Below are positions 24,381-36,514 of a stretch of 47,326 bases of DNA, piece by piece. The stretch is from contig NW_021834549.1 in assembly GCF_006345805.1 (NCBI RefSeq), positions 1-47,326 of the forward strand, in the 5' to 3' direction. Below the pieces are notes generated by a model. That model saw only the letters and a list, made by a program, of their open reading frames with translations. It did no database searches and was not told the origin of the DNA. Source of the DNA: Octopus sinensis (Eukaryota). Positions within the stretch are counted from its first letter, which is position 1. Each line of letters begins with the position of its first letter. Made by a program: the position numbers and the translations under genes.

Positions 24381-25416
24381 TATGTATTTGCGTATGTATG
24401 TATACATGTAGGAATGTATGCGTGAATATAAGCATGCAAGAATTAATGTATGGATTTATGTATGGGTTCATGTGTGTATGAATGTCTGTATGTGTGGATG
24501 CACGTGTGCATGTATGTGCGTGTATGTGCCTTTCCGATGGCCGATATATATTCTTTTAACAACAGTGTCATACTACGCCCAAACGTAATATAAAGATATT
24601 TTTGGACAGCTGCTAATTTTACGTACAATATTTTACACAGAGATGTGGTATTATTGGCAGTTCCTTTCGCATCTTGGGGAATTTAAACGTTTCCCTGATG
24701 AGCTACACGTCATGTTAATGCAAGTGTCATCATTGAGTTTATGGAAGATAGCTTCTTTTTTCGCTATGCAGCGTGTTTCTCTTCTATGGCATTTCTGCTA
24801 TTCACTAGCCCAGCAAATCTGGATCGCAGAAAAGGTTATTGGGAAGTGCATACTCCTTGAGTTCACCAGCGACTTGTGGTATAGTCTTTTCTCCACTTTT
24901 GGGCATTTGGTGTTTAGTTTTGTTTCTGATTTTTTTAGTAGATACCGAGTGTTATTATACGATACAAATGCGTTCTCACTTGACCTGAACCTTCTTCCAC
25001 CTTCTTTTCGGACAGAGCTTGTCCGTATAACTCCGTATAACTTATAACTCCGTATAACTTATACGGACAGAGCTTGTCCGTATAACTCTTTCGTTGAAAA
25101 CTTTCTTTAATGTCATGAACTTTGCGTGGAGTTTCATATCTATGGGGCGGTTTCTGCTAAAGCACAGTCAAATAGTCTAAACTTTTGTATTAAACTTGTG
25201 ATATTGTCTTGTTGTAAGAGGAAAATTCTAGGTGCCATCGTTTGGTATGGTATTCTTTGTTCATTCTTTGTTCTCAGCACCTATGTACATAATTTCCTTC
25301 ATAGCTAGGTATCGTAACACTCATTGGGTGGAACAAATGGAGAAGCGTCATTTATCACGTTTATATATTTGTTGTGCAAGATTTTTTATGTGAAGTCGTG
25401 TGTTGAAACAGATATT

Positions 25417-26118
25417 GTTATATTTCGGAATGGTCATTTTGCCAGTTTAGCCAATAAAAACACACGCACTATATATTTGGTGTTATTTTGCTTCAGTGTT
25501 ATTTATTTTTTTACATTAATCTTAATCTTATTTCGGCCAGAGTTCTTTCGTCACACTCCTGTGACCGCATCAGTGGTCCTTTGTTTTCTTCTTTCTTACT
25601 TGTGTCTCTCCTTACTAACCGTCAGCCATTTTGTATTTCTATTGTATGTCTTCATTTGCGCATGCTTATATCTCTATGTGCGTCTATGTTTATTTAGTGT
25701 GTGTGGGGGGATGCCTGTAATATTTGTATCTTCTGTTTATATACGTTCATGTAATTTGTTTTTGTTGTTGTTGTTGTTGTTTTTGTTTATTCTTATTTTG
25801 TTCATGATACAAATATTACAGGCATCCCCCCACGTACACTAAATAAACATAGACGCACATAGAGATATAAGCATGCGCAAATGAAGACATACAATAGAAA
25901 TACAAAATGGCTGACGGTTAGTAAGGAGAGACACAAATAAGAAAGAAGAAAACAAAGGACCACTGATGCGGTCACAGGAGTGTGACGAAAGAACTCTGGC
26001 TGAAATAAGATTAAGATTAATGTAAAAAATAAATAACACTGAAGCAAAATAACACCAAATATATAGTGTGTGTGTTTTTATTGGCTAAACTGGCAAAATT
26101 ACCATTCTGAAATATAAC
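25417..26118. repeat. Fold-back element 2: arms 25417-25730 / 25806-26118, 75-bp spacer
   Basis: About 7 substitutions and 1 indel in 314 bp by manual count; the ORF track shows the same peptides on both strands. Confidence 0.97.
25960..25999 (+). ncRNA. Variant minimal hammerhead-like motif (mirror copy on minus at 25537-25576)
   Basis: cca-CTGATGCG-GTCAC aggagt GTGAC-GAAA-GAAC-TC-tgg: stems I and II pair, but the core has CG in place of A9 and stem III is one substitution away from the palindrome AGATCT. Confidence 0.5.
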
Positions 26119-26795
26119 GTCATTTATCAAATATGAACATTTCCTTTGGTCAAATATTTATCAAATATGAACATATCTTTTGGTCATTTATCAAATATGA
26201 ACATTTCTTTTGGTCAAATTCATACATACATCAACTAAAAATATTATTTCTCAGAATTCTAAATACTTCTCATATTGACCTTCCGATCATCCATAAAGAA
26301 ATTATTAGTTAGATTAGTGTATCTTGCTTTTGAAAACTCTGGAACATAATCGGAGGATCTTTATAAAAAATTTACTGAATTTAGTGCCAAAATATATGGA
26401 AGCACAAACAGACTTCATGAAGTATTTCTTTCGAAACAGTAATTCTGATTTCAGTTTCAAGTTTGAGGTCTCTTGACAAGGTCTTTATGAGTATTTCAAT
26501 GGCTGGAAGTAAGGTGCCGTATGCTTTTGTCAAGATCAGTGACTCTAGTAATCATGAGAGTGAAATAGACCCGTACGTCTTTCTGTAGTTAAGCCATACT
26601 ATCACAAAATTTGTGCAGCATTTTCTTACTTCAAACAGCACAGCTTGATTTCACAAAAGTCGTTCCACACACGCCTTTTTTTCTTTATTGACTGCTCATC
26701 AGCTGCCGTTTTGTTAGAGCTGCTATGGCACGAATTGTTGGAAACGGCTTGGGTAAATTTTGTACTTAATGTTTAATTAAGAGATGGGCCTATAG

Positions 26796-27214
26796 TTTCT
26801 TATTTCTTTACTGCCCACAACGGGTTACTCACAGAGGGGACAAACAAGGACAGACAAACGGATTAAGTCGATTATATCGACCCCAGTGCATAACTGGTAC
26901 TTATTTAATCGATCCCGAAAGGATGAAAGGCAAAGTCGACCTCGGTGGAATTTGAACTCAGAACGTAGTGGCAGACGAAATACCTATTTCTTTACTACCC
27001 ACAAGGGGCTAAACACAGAGAGGACAACAAGGACAGACAAACGGATTAAGTCGATTATATCGGCCCCGGTGCGTAACTGGTACTTATTTAATCGACCCTG
27101 AAAGGATGAAAGGCAAAGTCAACCTCGGCAGAATTTGAACTGAGAACGTAGCGGCAGACGAAATATCGCTAAGCATTTCGCCCGGCGTGCTAACGTTTCT
27201 GCCAGCTCGCCGCC
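26796..27214 (-). mobile_element. Head-to-tail dimer of SINE family C
   Basis: Full unit 27214-26985 followed by a unit lacking the first ~40 nt (26984-26796). Confidence 0.9.
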
Positions 27215-27329
27215 TTATGGGCCAATAGTTTCTATTAAGTGTTTTCATTCTTGGCTTCAGAGTTGTTTGTGCTATGTATGGCAAGCCAATTTAGTGTGCC
27301 AATCTAGTCTTCCATAGTTCTTTTAAGTG

Positions 27330-27790
27330 CACAAACAAGTCGATTAAGTCACATTCTTGTGAAAGACTTCACAATTAGTCAGCACCTGCCCAAAAATGTT
27401 ATCACGGTATTACCTCCTAATGCGGTACAAAAGTGTCTCTAAAACAATGCCATCCGAAAAAAAGACTATCCTGGGATAAATATAAAGAACTCCTGTTATT
27501 AAATACATACATAAACATTAATACAAAGAATATTGGTGGAACATACCCATCAAAGTTTTTGCCAAGTGCAGACCTAACAAGCTGGATATCTTTTTTCAGG
27601 ATGGACAAGAAAAAGTATGTACCGAGTTAGAGGCTAGCAGCCCTGCTGAGGTGAATAACTTCGAAAACCAAAGAGAAAGGAGATAACTGCAGCCAACTGC
27701 TTCGAAGCCTCCAGCTTCTGTACCCAGCTTATAACTTCACATTTATACCAATAACAGTTGGTGCACTTGATTTTCTGAATAAATTCATAA
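27330..27790 (+). pseudogene. C-terminal relic (zinc knuckle region plus RLE) of a non-LTR retrotransposon
   Basis: Frameshifted pieces STCPKMLSRYYL, YWWNIPIK, PNKLDIFFQD..KVCTELEASSP, LLRSLQLLYPAYNFTFIPITVGAL follow the CCHC / PD-(D/E)xK order of RLE LINEs. Confidence 0.75.
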
Positions 27791-27941
27791 GTGACCATCT
27801 GTCTCAAGTTCAAAATCTAAATTTATTTTGTTATCTACATTCCAACGACAGAGTTTGGTGCCCTTGTTAGAAACCAACTTCTCCCTTACAGAACAATTCC
27901 AAGTAATTAAAAACAGAAGAAAACATACAAAAGTACCTACC

Positions 27942-27985
<44 letters not shown>

Positions 27986-27989
27986 ATAT

Positions 27990-28250
27990 CACCGTGATCA
28001 CCGTGACCGACCAGGCTATCAGATGTTGCTACACACCGCTGATCACAATACGCTTCGCATTCTTCTAGCCTTCAAATGATGCCACCCCGCTGGCTAAGCG
28101 AGCAGGCCAACAGAAGAAAGAGTGAAAGTTGCAGCGAAAGAGTACAGCAGGGATCGCCACCACCCTCTGCCGGAGCGTCGTGGAGCTGTAGGTGTTTTCG
28201 CTCAATAAACACTCACAAAGCCCCGTCTGGGAATCGAAACTACGATCCTA
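27990..28250 (-). mobile_element. SINE family A, 5'-truncated, with a third 3' tail
   Basis: Body matches 5290-5420; the tail ends in repeated cacggtgat. Confidence 0.85.
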
Positions 28251-28252
28251 CA

Positions 28253-28283
<31 letters not shown>

Positions 28284-29859
28284 GTCCTACTTGAAATCCA
28301 GATTCTCCCTGAGTTTCATTTTAGGCGAAAGGTTATAATTTTTTTCCACTTCACATAAAGTCAATTAAAAAATTAACTCATGTTTGTTTTCCTTAACTCT
28401 GTTCTACGAAATGGATTAATTTTTTAAAAATAGAAATATTATTATTTCTAAGTCTTTCTAAAGGAGATTAATTTTTTTCTTTTGGTTTTCTTTAAAATAA
28501 ATTTTTAACTAAAAATTTATTGTATTTAGTTCAAATTAAAATATTTTTTTGTATTTCGAATTTCAAAACAACTTAAAATTTTTTTTTTAATTTTTATAAG
28601 ACCTGTCACATATTAATAATTAGAAAATACAATTACAAAATACTGCAGTTTTTAAACCGAAGAAATTGTTGAAAACACTACGATGATGCACTTATTCTAA
28701 AACTTCACCTTAGAATTATTGTAAATTAGAATGATAGCCTAAGAAGTTTTGAAGCTCACTCCCTGGCACCAATAATTGTGTACGTATCTGCTTAAAACAC
28801 CCATTAAGTATTATAAGAAAATGTTGAATGTCTAAATGTATTAGTGTAATGGACACTGTATCACTGCCTGACAATGAACTACTATGCGTAGTCTAGATGT
28901 TATCATTGATTTAAGTGACTACTGATTGTCTTAAGATAAACTTGCATACACTTTTTTGTCGCAAACGAAAAACCTTATATAAAAAATGAAGCATATACTG
29001 GAATATTTTATCTAATTTTTTATTTAACGTATTTGCACTAAACAACTTTTACAAACATAAAGATATACATTAACAACAAGGAGAAATAGACAACCAGAAA
29101 GCCCCTCCTCTGAACGGTACCACTCTATCTACTTATGAGGATGCAGACATGACAGAAATGAATAGGAGGACTTCTTTGAAAAAACGGAAGATCTAAAGAA
29201 AACAACCAGAAAAAGTAATAAAGTGCGAAAAGGGTGCTTTGAAGAGGAAAGACTCACCGCTGAGGAAGAACTACAATAATGAATCTAGTACGACAATGAA
29301 TCTAACATAAAAAAGAGCTACAAATACTCGTTCAAAACATTGCTTATATGCAGAATATGTATCGTGTGCAACTCATTCACTCTACCTTGCTGCAGAAAAA
29401 GGAGCGTCTATTCTAACCGACGTTCTTGAATATGTTGGCATTTTGCATAAGCTGTGGCTTTTTTTCCTTAGATTTCCACGTAGATTCGGAATTTTTAAAA
29501 CAAAGCATCTACATTTTCTCTGAACGGTTCAAGTGTAACTAGACGGTAATTAGAAACAGAGATACGAGTATTTTACAGACTCTCGGATATACTTTTGAAG
29601 GTTCAGAGAAGACCGAATGTAAGTCAGATGCAAAAATTTATTTCAACTAAAGTGGTAAATTTAGAATATACTCTTTCAGCGGTTGTTTGGGAAGGAGTTC
29701 TGTTGCAGTTCTACAAAGTAACTAAGAAGCTAAAAATTTAGGTTTGTGATAGCTTCAAAAATAATTTTCTGATATCGTCTTTATTTTCATTTGTTAAAAT
29801 CTCCGGGAAAATTCAAATGACAGAATGGTGCATAATCAGAAGTAGAAGGCTTGTGTAAA

Positions 29860-30200
29860 AATATCACTTCAAATTGTTCTGATACTTCCAAACGCATTGT
29901 TAGAAAGAAATGTTTAAATGAAGCAAGCAGTAATATTTCTTTGAGAGAGATTCAGAAATTCAGAATAGAAGTTCCAAATGAACTCCATGACTGCTATGTA
30001 ATCCAATTCAGGAAGGAAATTGGCCCATATGAGCAGATTGTGAAAGGATTCAAGTTTCTCCCAAAACTGGTGATCAATTTTGAAATTGATAAGGCAATAT
30101 TAAATTTATAGTATCGTAGAACGATCATATCGATTACAAATTGCCCAAACGTTATTGCCTGCGAAGGAACCCCCATAACAGTTCAAGCTTCAGGGCTCTA
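29860..30200 (-). pseudogene. Highly decayed Chapaev/Transib (RAG1-related) transposase C-terminal region
   Basis: YGGSFAGNNV (~30149-30178) and, ~95 codons downstream after frameshifts, SEQFE (~29868-29882). Motifs and spacing resemble the GN..R and SEQ..E.H blocks of this superfamily as I recall them. Confidence 0.4.
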
Positions 30201-31004
30201 AAAATGTAGGCCGCTATTTCTCTTAGGTGTTCTCCCAGTGCGATATGCAGCAGTATACTGACAGTTGTTAATAGCTCATACAATTTTCATGCAGTTTCTA
30301 AGATATCGATAAATCTTAATATAAGAAATGTTGTTTTTCCTACTCTTGTCAAAATTTTAATGAAAAACTGGAAAAATTAGTTTCTAACTGTAGTTTTAAA
30401 TTGTTTTTCTACTGCATATGTAAGCGAGTGTATATGTTTGTGCGTGTATCTGTATAGTAAATAAGTATTTATATATGTAAATATTTGTACGTGTGTTTTT
30501 TATCTGTATCTATGTGTATGCATGCATGTATTTTTTGGATGTTTTTCTTTGAATTGTCAGAATTCAAGCCGTTTACTCACAAAGTGATATGTTTTTTTTT
30601 TCTGGTAGACTCAGAGTGTTCCAGATATTTGTGACTCAATGTATGCATTTATTTAAGTGTATGCGTGAATGTACCTGCGCACATGCTCAAGAGAAGAATT
30701 TTATAGGCTGTTGATACTATCAGATGTATTTTTGATGTTGATTTTGCTCGGTAAAGTAAAATATTTGTCATCGAACGTAGCTTACTTGTGCAATTTGCTT
30801 CGCATTTAAATGTGAGCAGTTATGAAATCTTACGTCGCAGTAAATCTTTACCTCTTCGTGTAACCAATTGGAGACCTTTCATAGCATTTTTGTAGGTTTG
30901 GTACTATCCTTTATTCAATTCAGCAGTCTGCTGGAATATCTCCTTATAGTGCCTCGACCGCGATATCTGACAAAGGTTTCCTTACTTAGTAATGTGTCTG
31001 TCAG

Positions 31005-31045
31005 AAGTATCAGAAATACGGCTTGCCGACTGGACTAAACCCGAG
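31005..31045 (+). CDS. Putative micro-exon 4 (41 nt, phase 1->0): (E)VSEIRLADWTKPE
   Basis: Acceptor gtgtctgtcag, strong donor GAG|gtaatg. Confidence 0.4.
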
Positions 31046-32339
31046 GTAATGTTTAATCTGGTCGCCAGTTTAAGTTTTTAAAAAGAAAATTTATTTTTAT
31101 TTTCTTTACCTTTAAAATATCGTATAATACTTCTGCTTGTCGTTGTTGTGTTACTTAGCCCGTCGGTAGCGTTTTTACATGATTAGAGAAAAAGATGGAG
31201 AAAGAAAAAGAGGGAGAGAGAAGTGTCCATGACGTGAGGTAGGGCGAACGTAACATTTATTACGTGGTTAAAAAAGGTAGTTGAAGATAGTGATATAGAG
31301 ATATATAATTTCAGCAGAGGGGCAATGTCCTGATGGTGATATTAAAGAAAGGTAGAGAGAGAGAGAGTGGAGGGAGAGAGGGGAGAAAGAGTGGGAGAGA
31401 GAGATGAGGATGATGATGTGGTGGTTGTGGTAGAGGTGGTAGTTGTGGTGGAGGTGGTGAGTGCATAGTGAAAAGTGTATTTTTTATATTACCTATCACT
31501 TAATGCATGCGCATAATTGCAATTCCATGAAATATTCACGCTTATTTACGCGGCAGATATATGCAATTTAACCAGAGGTTGTATCATACGTACGGGATAC
31601 TTTTTTTGTTTGTTTGTTTATGGGGGAAATGGAAAAATACGTGTGAATATTTATTTCATGAGTGCTGTGTATTAAGTCTATAAAATTGTCCTTAAAATAT
31701 ATAAATTGTATATATAAAGTATCTTAAGTCACCATCGTATTCCAATTTCTTTCACTTTTCAGTAAATACCAGATGATCTTTCCATACAGACACAACACAG
31801 GCTACGCTTTCAGGTTTTTTGGATAAAGTTTTCAGAAATAACCCAATAGGTTTATCATTAATTCCGTAAAATATTCACGGGCCCCCGCTAGTAAAGTGTA
31901 ATATTCTGCATAATATATTCACACTGTTTTCCATTAGCCAAATCAGTATCAACCAACGAAAAAGAAATTGATGAATCCAAACACGAAATGAAGTGACACA
32001 TTTCCCCTTCACTTTGTCTATATATACCGATTCAAGCAAAAGGTTTTTTCGTCCTTTTTTAAATTTATGCATGTATTCGTCCGAATGGATCCTAGTGAAT
32101 ATGAACGATAATGAAAGGTTTGAGAACTGAAACATTGCAAGTTCTCGACCTAGTGTTGAACATCACAAGAAATTTATGCATTCGTTTCAGATAGTTTCTA
32201 TTTCCGTTCTCACCCTCAAGACCTTTATTTAATAGGGCTGTAGAGTTATTCTGTGGATGAGTTGAACCCACTGCACACGAATATTTTCTTTTCTTCGTTG
32301 TTAATAAAGTTATGATGCAAATTATTATTATTATCATCA

Positions 32340-32381
<42 letters not shown>

Positions 32382-32798
32382 TATTATTATTATTTCATAG
32401 TAATAGTAGAGGTAGCAGCAGTAGTAGTCGTAGTAGTTGTCCCAAGGTCACTAGGCAAAATGTTTAGCGCAGAGAGGAAAATGTTTAGCGGCATTTCTTA
32501 TAGATCTTAAGTTCTGAGCTAGTAGTAGTAGTAGCAGTAACTGTTATTATTGTTGCTTCTACTACTACTAACAGCTCTTCAAACGTGCTAAGATTGTGCT
32601 GTGACACTCCTCGATGTTATAACTGAAGTATAACTGAAGGAAGTAATTTTCATTTGGAGTTTTATTTCACACGGGGCCTTTATCGAACAGTTTGGAAAGA
32701 CAGCGTTCCACTGAAATTAAACAAGGTCAGTTTCCGTTTTATTTCTAGTTTATTTTACCATCTAACGCTAAGGCAAAAATGGCGGCTTCTTTTTTCAG

Positions 32799-32867
32799 GA
32801 CAACACCCCTCAGGAAGATTACATTGAGCAAAGCAAAACACACCAAACAAAAGAATACAAAATGTAA
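32799..32867 (+). CDS. Putative terminal coding exon (phase 0): DNTPQEDYIEQSKTHQTKEYKM*
   Basis: Acceptor gcttcttttttcag; TAA at 32865-67; phase matches the preceding candidate exon. Confidence 0.42.
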   Translation, partial: DNTPQEDYIEQSKTHQTKEYKM

Positions 32868-32885
32868 AACAAAACATTAACGAGT

Positions 32886-33279
32886 GGCTGTGTGGTAAGT
32901 AGCTTGCTAACCAACCACATGGTTCCGGGTTCAGTCCCACTGCGTGGCATCTTGGGCAAATGTCTTCTGCTATAGCCCCGGGCCGACCAATGCCTTGTGA
33001 GTGGATTTGGTAGACGGAAACTGAAAGAAGCCCGTCGTATATATATATATATATGTATGTTTGTGTGTTTGTGTGTCTGTGTTTGTCCCCCTAGCATTGC
33101 TTGATAACCGATGCTGGTGTGTTTACGTCCCCGTCACTTAGCGGTTCGGCAAAAGAGACCGATAGAATAAGTACTGGGCTTACAAAGAATAAGTCCCGGG
33201 GTCGATTTGCTCGACTAAAGGCGGTGCTCCAGCATGGCCGCAGTCAAATGACTGAAACAAGTAAAAGAGTAAAAGAGTA
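32886..33279 (+). mobile_element. Full-length SINE family B
   Basis: Same head, linker and tail as 23940-24380; tail repeat gtaaaaga x2. Confidence 0.92.
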
Positions 33280-33639
33280 CAAGCAAGTGACACAAGATTA
33301 ATAAATGATGGCACTCCAGCAGAGAAGCGTAACATAGTAAACACCACGCTTGATAACAACAGTGGAATTGCACAAACTACATCAAATGTATATGAGTACG
33401 AAGCGTTATCTTTCACAAGCGTTCTTTCGAACAAAAACACTCAATATGTAATAATTTGCTGAAAGAACGAAAGCGTTGCGTATTTTATCCACATGAGAGG
33501 TGCTAGCATATCAGTTCTCAAAGAGGCGTACGAGTGGAGGAAGGTAACTTATTTGTATCTTGCCAAGATCACGTAAAGTCTGAATCTCCTTTATTGGAAG
33601 AGAAAGGGCATACGGCGCCATGGGTACCATCTTTTAAAC

Positions 33640-34670
33640 TCAGTACTAAAGTGTAACTAAGGAGAAAAGGTGCAAGCCCATTTTATCCCAACACATATGA
33701 GTAGAAAAAATACAAGGGTTACAGTCTCGGACATTTGTGACGGCCTGGACTTCTGGCTTGTCAATTTCATAGCACAATAAGGCAGGTAGTCAGTACCGAA
33801 GTAACTTACAGAGATATGAGTTCGTACAAATCTTCATGACACAACAAAACCATAAAATAATACTAATACTGTACCCTGTAGCAAAAATAAACCATCCAGA
33901 TTTCGGTCCTAAGGTGACACTAGACAGAATCCTGAAGTCGGCAAAGGATTGCGCTATTTTCAATATTGCAAACGAATCTTGAAATTCCAAAACCCTTTTC
34001 TCCAGGCTTCAACTGGCGGACACAATGAGATACACACACAGCAGCAACAACAATAACAACAAGGAGAAATAGACAACCAGAAAGCACTCCTCTGAACAGC
34101 ACCACTCTATCTACTTATGAAAATGCAGACATGGGAGAGGCCGAAATGAATAGGAGGACTTTTTTGAAAAAACGGAAGATCTAAAGAAAACAACCAGAAA
34201 AAGTAATAAAGTACGAAAAGGGTGCTTTGAAGAGGAATGACTCACCACTGAGGAAGAATTCATTTCTTATGAAGGGGCGGTCATATCTTGTGAGTGACAG
34301 CCAGCTTCCTTCTTCTTGTGAGTAAGACCCTGCGAAATGAAATCCATAGTCCTTCGCAAGATTGACATAGATCTAATGAGACATTTATATGAAATACACA
34401 AGAAAGTTCCTCACACACTGTAGATATGAAAATAAATGAGATCACATTTAGACAGCTTAATAACAGAATATTAGTACAATTTTCGGCCAGACATTATGGA
34501 GGCATATATGTCAACGACCGACAAGACTCTGGCAGAGCTTCTCATGGAAGATTCTGGAATCTCCATCAATGAACAATACATGGAGGAAGTAAAGAGGTTA
34601 CTGAATCAAATGGACTCAGCTACAACAATGCGAAGAAGCTCATTGTCAGTAACGGTGTCTAACAACATCC
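33640..34670 (+). pseudogene. Decayed coding-like repeat, possibly LINE ORF1
   Basis: Broken peptide-like stretches (FIPTHMSRKNTRVTVSDI; MEAYMSTTDKTLAELLMEDSG); 34054-34262 is duplicated at 29071-29275. Identity is inference. Confidence 0.3.
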
Positions 34671-34711
34671 GATAGAGTGATACACTTCATTTGCCAATAT
34701 ACATCGTTATA

Positions 34712-34930
34712 CGAGAGGGGGACGGGCTGAAAAGTTCCTTAATTTGGGTAAAAGAAAATACAGGAAGATCAGTTAATTATGATTTTATTCAACTTATACA
34801 GCTTTCAGATTCACACTTATTGCAGCGGTCCTTCAGTTTTGGGTTTTTTTTAATCCCTGTAAAGGAACTCGGAAGGTTGGGCCTCCAGTCTAGCCTTTCG
34901 CGATACCAAGGAACTTCTCAGCACCCCTTA
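34712..34930 (-). mobile_element. Mariner-derived MITE
   Basis: TA-flanked termini cgagaggggg..ctgaaaagttcc / ggaacttctcagcacccc; same family as 41838-42061 in the opposite orientation. Confidence 0.85.
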
Positions 34931-35289
34931 TACATCAATTCAGTTTATTTTGAGTTTTTCCTCATATTTAATTATCACTTTATTTACACATTTGCAAAAA
35001 GAGATAGGTTGGGACCTCATTATTCTAGAAGTTCACCCATGCACAAAGCGTCACCAGCAACGATTGGTACACCAATTCGATATCACAGCCAAAACTCAGA
35101 CGTAACCTCGCCTGTTCCTTCCGCTATCTTCGTAACGTTAACGTAGATGAAACCCTTTTTCGATTTACTGTTGTCGCCGATCATTTCCATTGTCACAGGT
35201 TCAAATCCATTCATTGATGTATTATCATGAGTTTGCATATCTTTATTCTTTATTTTCCTTTTCATTTTTATTCCTATTTTTTACTATTT

Positions 35290-35650
35290 ATCTTTTACTT
35301 GTTTTAGTCATTGGACTGCAACCATACTGGGGCACCGCATTAAAGGGTTTAGTCAAACAAATCACCCCTAGTATATTTTTTTGTAAAGCTTGGTACTTAT
35401 TCTATCGGACTCTTTTTGCCGAACCGCTTGCCATCGGTTGTCAAGTAGTTATGGAGATCAAATGCAGATTCAATCACACAAACACACACGTGTGTTGTGT
35501 CGGGCGTGACGGGTTTCTTTCAGTTTCTCTTAATCAACTCGCAAGGCTTTGGCTGGCCTGCTATATAGTCCCAAGGTGCCACACCATGGGACTGAAACCA
35601 GAACCATACGGTTGAGAAGCAATTTTCTGACTACACAGACACGCCTGCGC
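35290..35650 (-). mobile_element. Degenerate SINE family B
   Basis: Tail gtcattggactgc..ctggggcaccgc and head cccaaggtgccac..gggactgaacc in reverse orientation. Confidence 0.75.
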
Positions 35651-35667
35651 CTAAAACTGAAAATATA

Positions 35668-35740
35668 TGTCTCTAGTTGGTATTGAACTATCAACCTTCA
35701 GTTTAACAGTCGAATGCGCTACTTATCCATACAACTATCA
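35668..35740 (-). pseudogene. tRNA-Asn(GTT) pseudogene or tRNA-derived fragment
   Basis: Minus strand agcgcattcgactGTTaaactgaaggttgatagttcaataccaactagagaca aligns with eukaryotic tRNA-Asn from the D arm to the acceptor stem. The 5' acceptor strand is missing and the T loop is mutated. Confidence 0.6.
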
Positions 35741-36514
35741 TCATGATTGCTAACTGCTGTCAGGGATCCCATTAATAATGCATGGCCAACCAAACAATGC
35801 AAAAAAAGTTGCCTCAGTAAGCATATATAACGCTTTTACATACATATGTAAGTATTGGTGGTATATATGTATATTGAGACAATAAATCGCTCAACTTCAA
35901 AGCCAACTAGACAGTGTATTTGTAATTTATATCTGTTATTCCACTGTGGTCGAACGTGTAACATGATACACTATTGGTAAGTACTGATTCACTCAAAACA
36001 CCGCTTACTATTATGGTCATACTTAGAATAAGTAAAATTATATCTGTCAATTGATAAACGCTTCCAATCCGCTAATGATATTGAAATATAAATTAACCTG
36101 TCTATTTACCTTTTTATTGAGATTCTAAATGTTGCTCCCTCCTACTTCGGTCCAATGTAATTTTTTTAAGTGAAATAATCTTTTTTTTTTACGTATTACA
36201 TTTCTCTGCTCGGTTATAGATACACAACTGTTAACGCTACTATCTAATGCACATGTAATATGCATTACATAATGCGTATGACTATTCTCATCTTTGTGTA
36301 TATATATATATATATTTAAATAAGTGAATGAATTATCCTATGTTTATCGTCAGCATTGAAAATTCGTTGAACCGAAACCAGGGTAGCAAATTCACGTCAG
36401 AAACACAGTTGAAGCGACCTGTCCAAGGGTAGAAACTCCGGGTTCATGTGCAGAAATTTGTGTGTTATATATGAATAAATGAAAGAATGGAGTCGAACGA
36501 AGATGTTAACAAAA

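Noticed and set aside
24643-25047. 134-aa ORF MWYYWQF...
   Set aside because: No domain or splice support; probably the antisense of a decayed retroelement.
26670-26710. Minus-strand CTGATGAG as a hammerhead start
   Set aside because: No pairable stem II or GAAA-stem III-NUH downstream.
18505-29395. Shared 15-mer actctaccttgctgc at ~18509 and ~29379
   Set aside because: Too short to claim homology between the two AT-rich elements.
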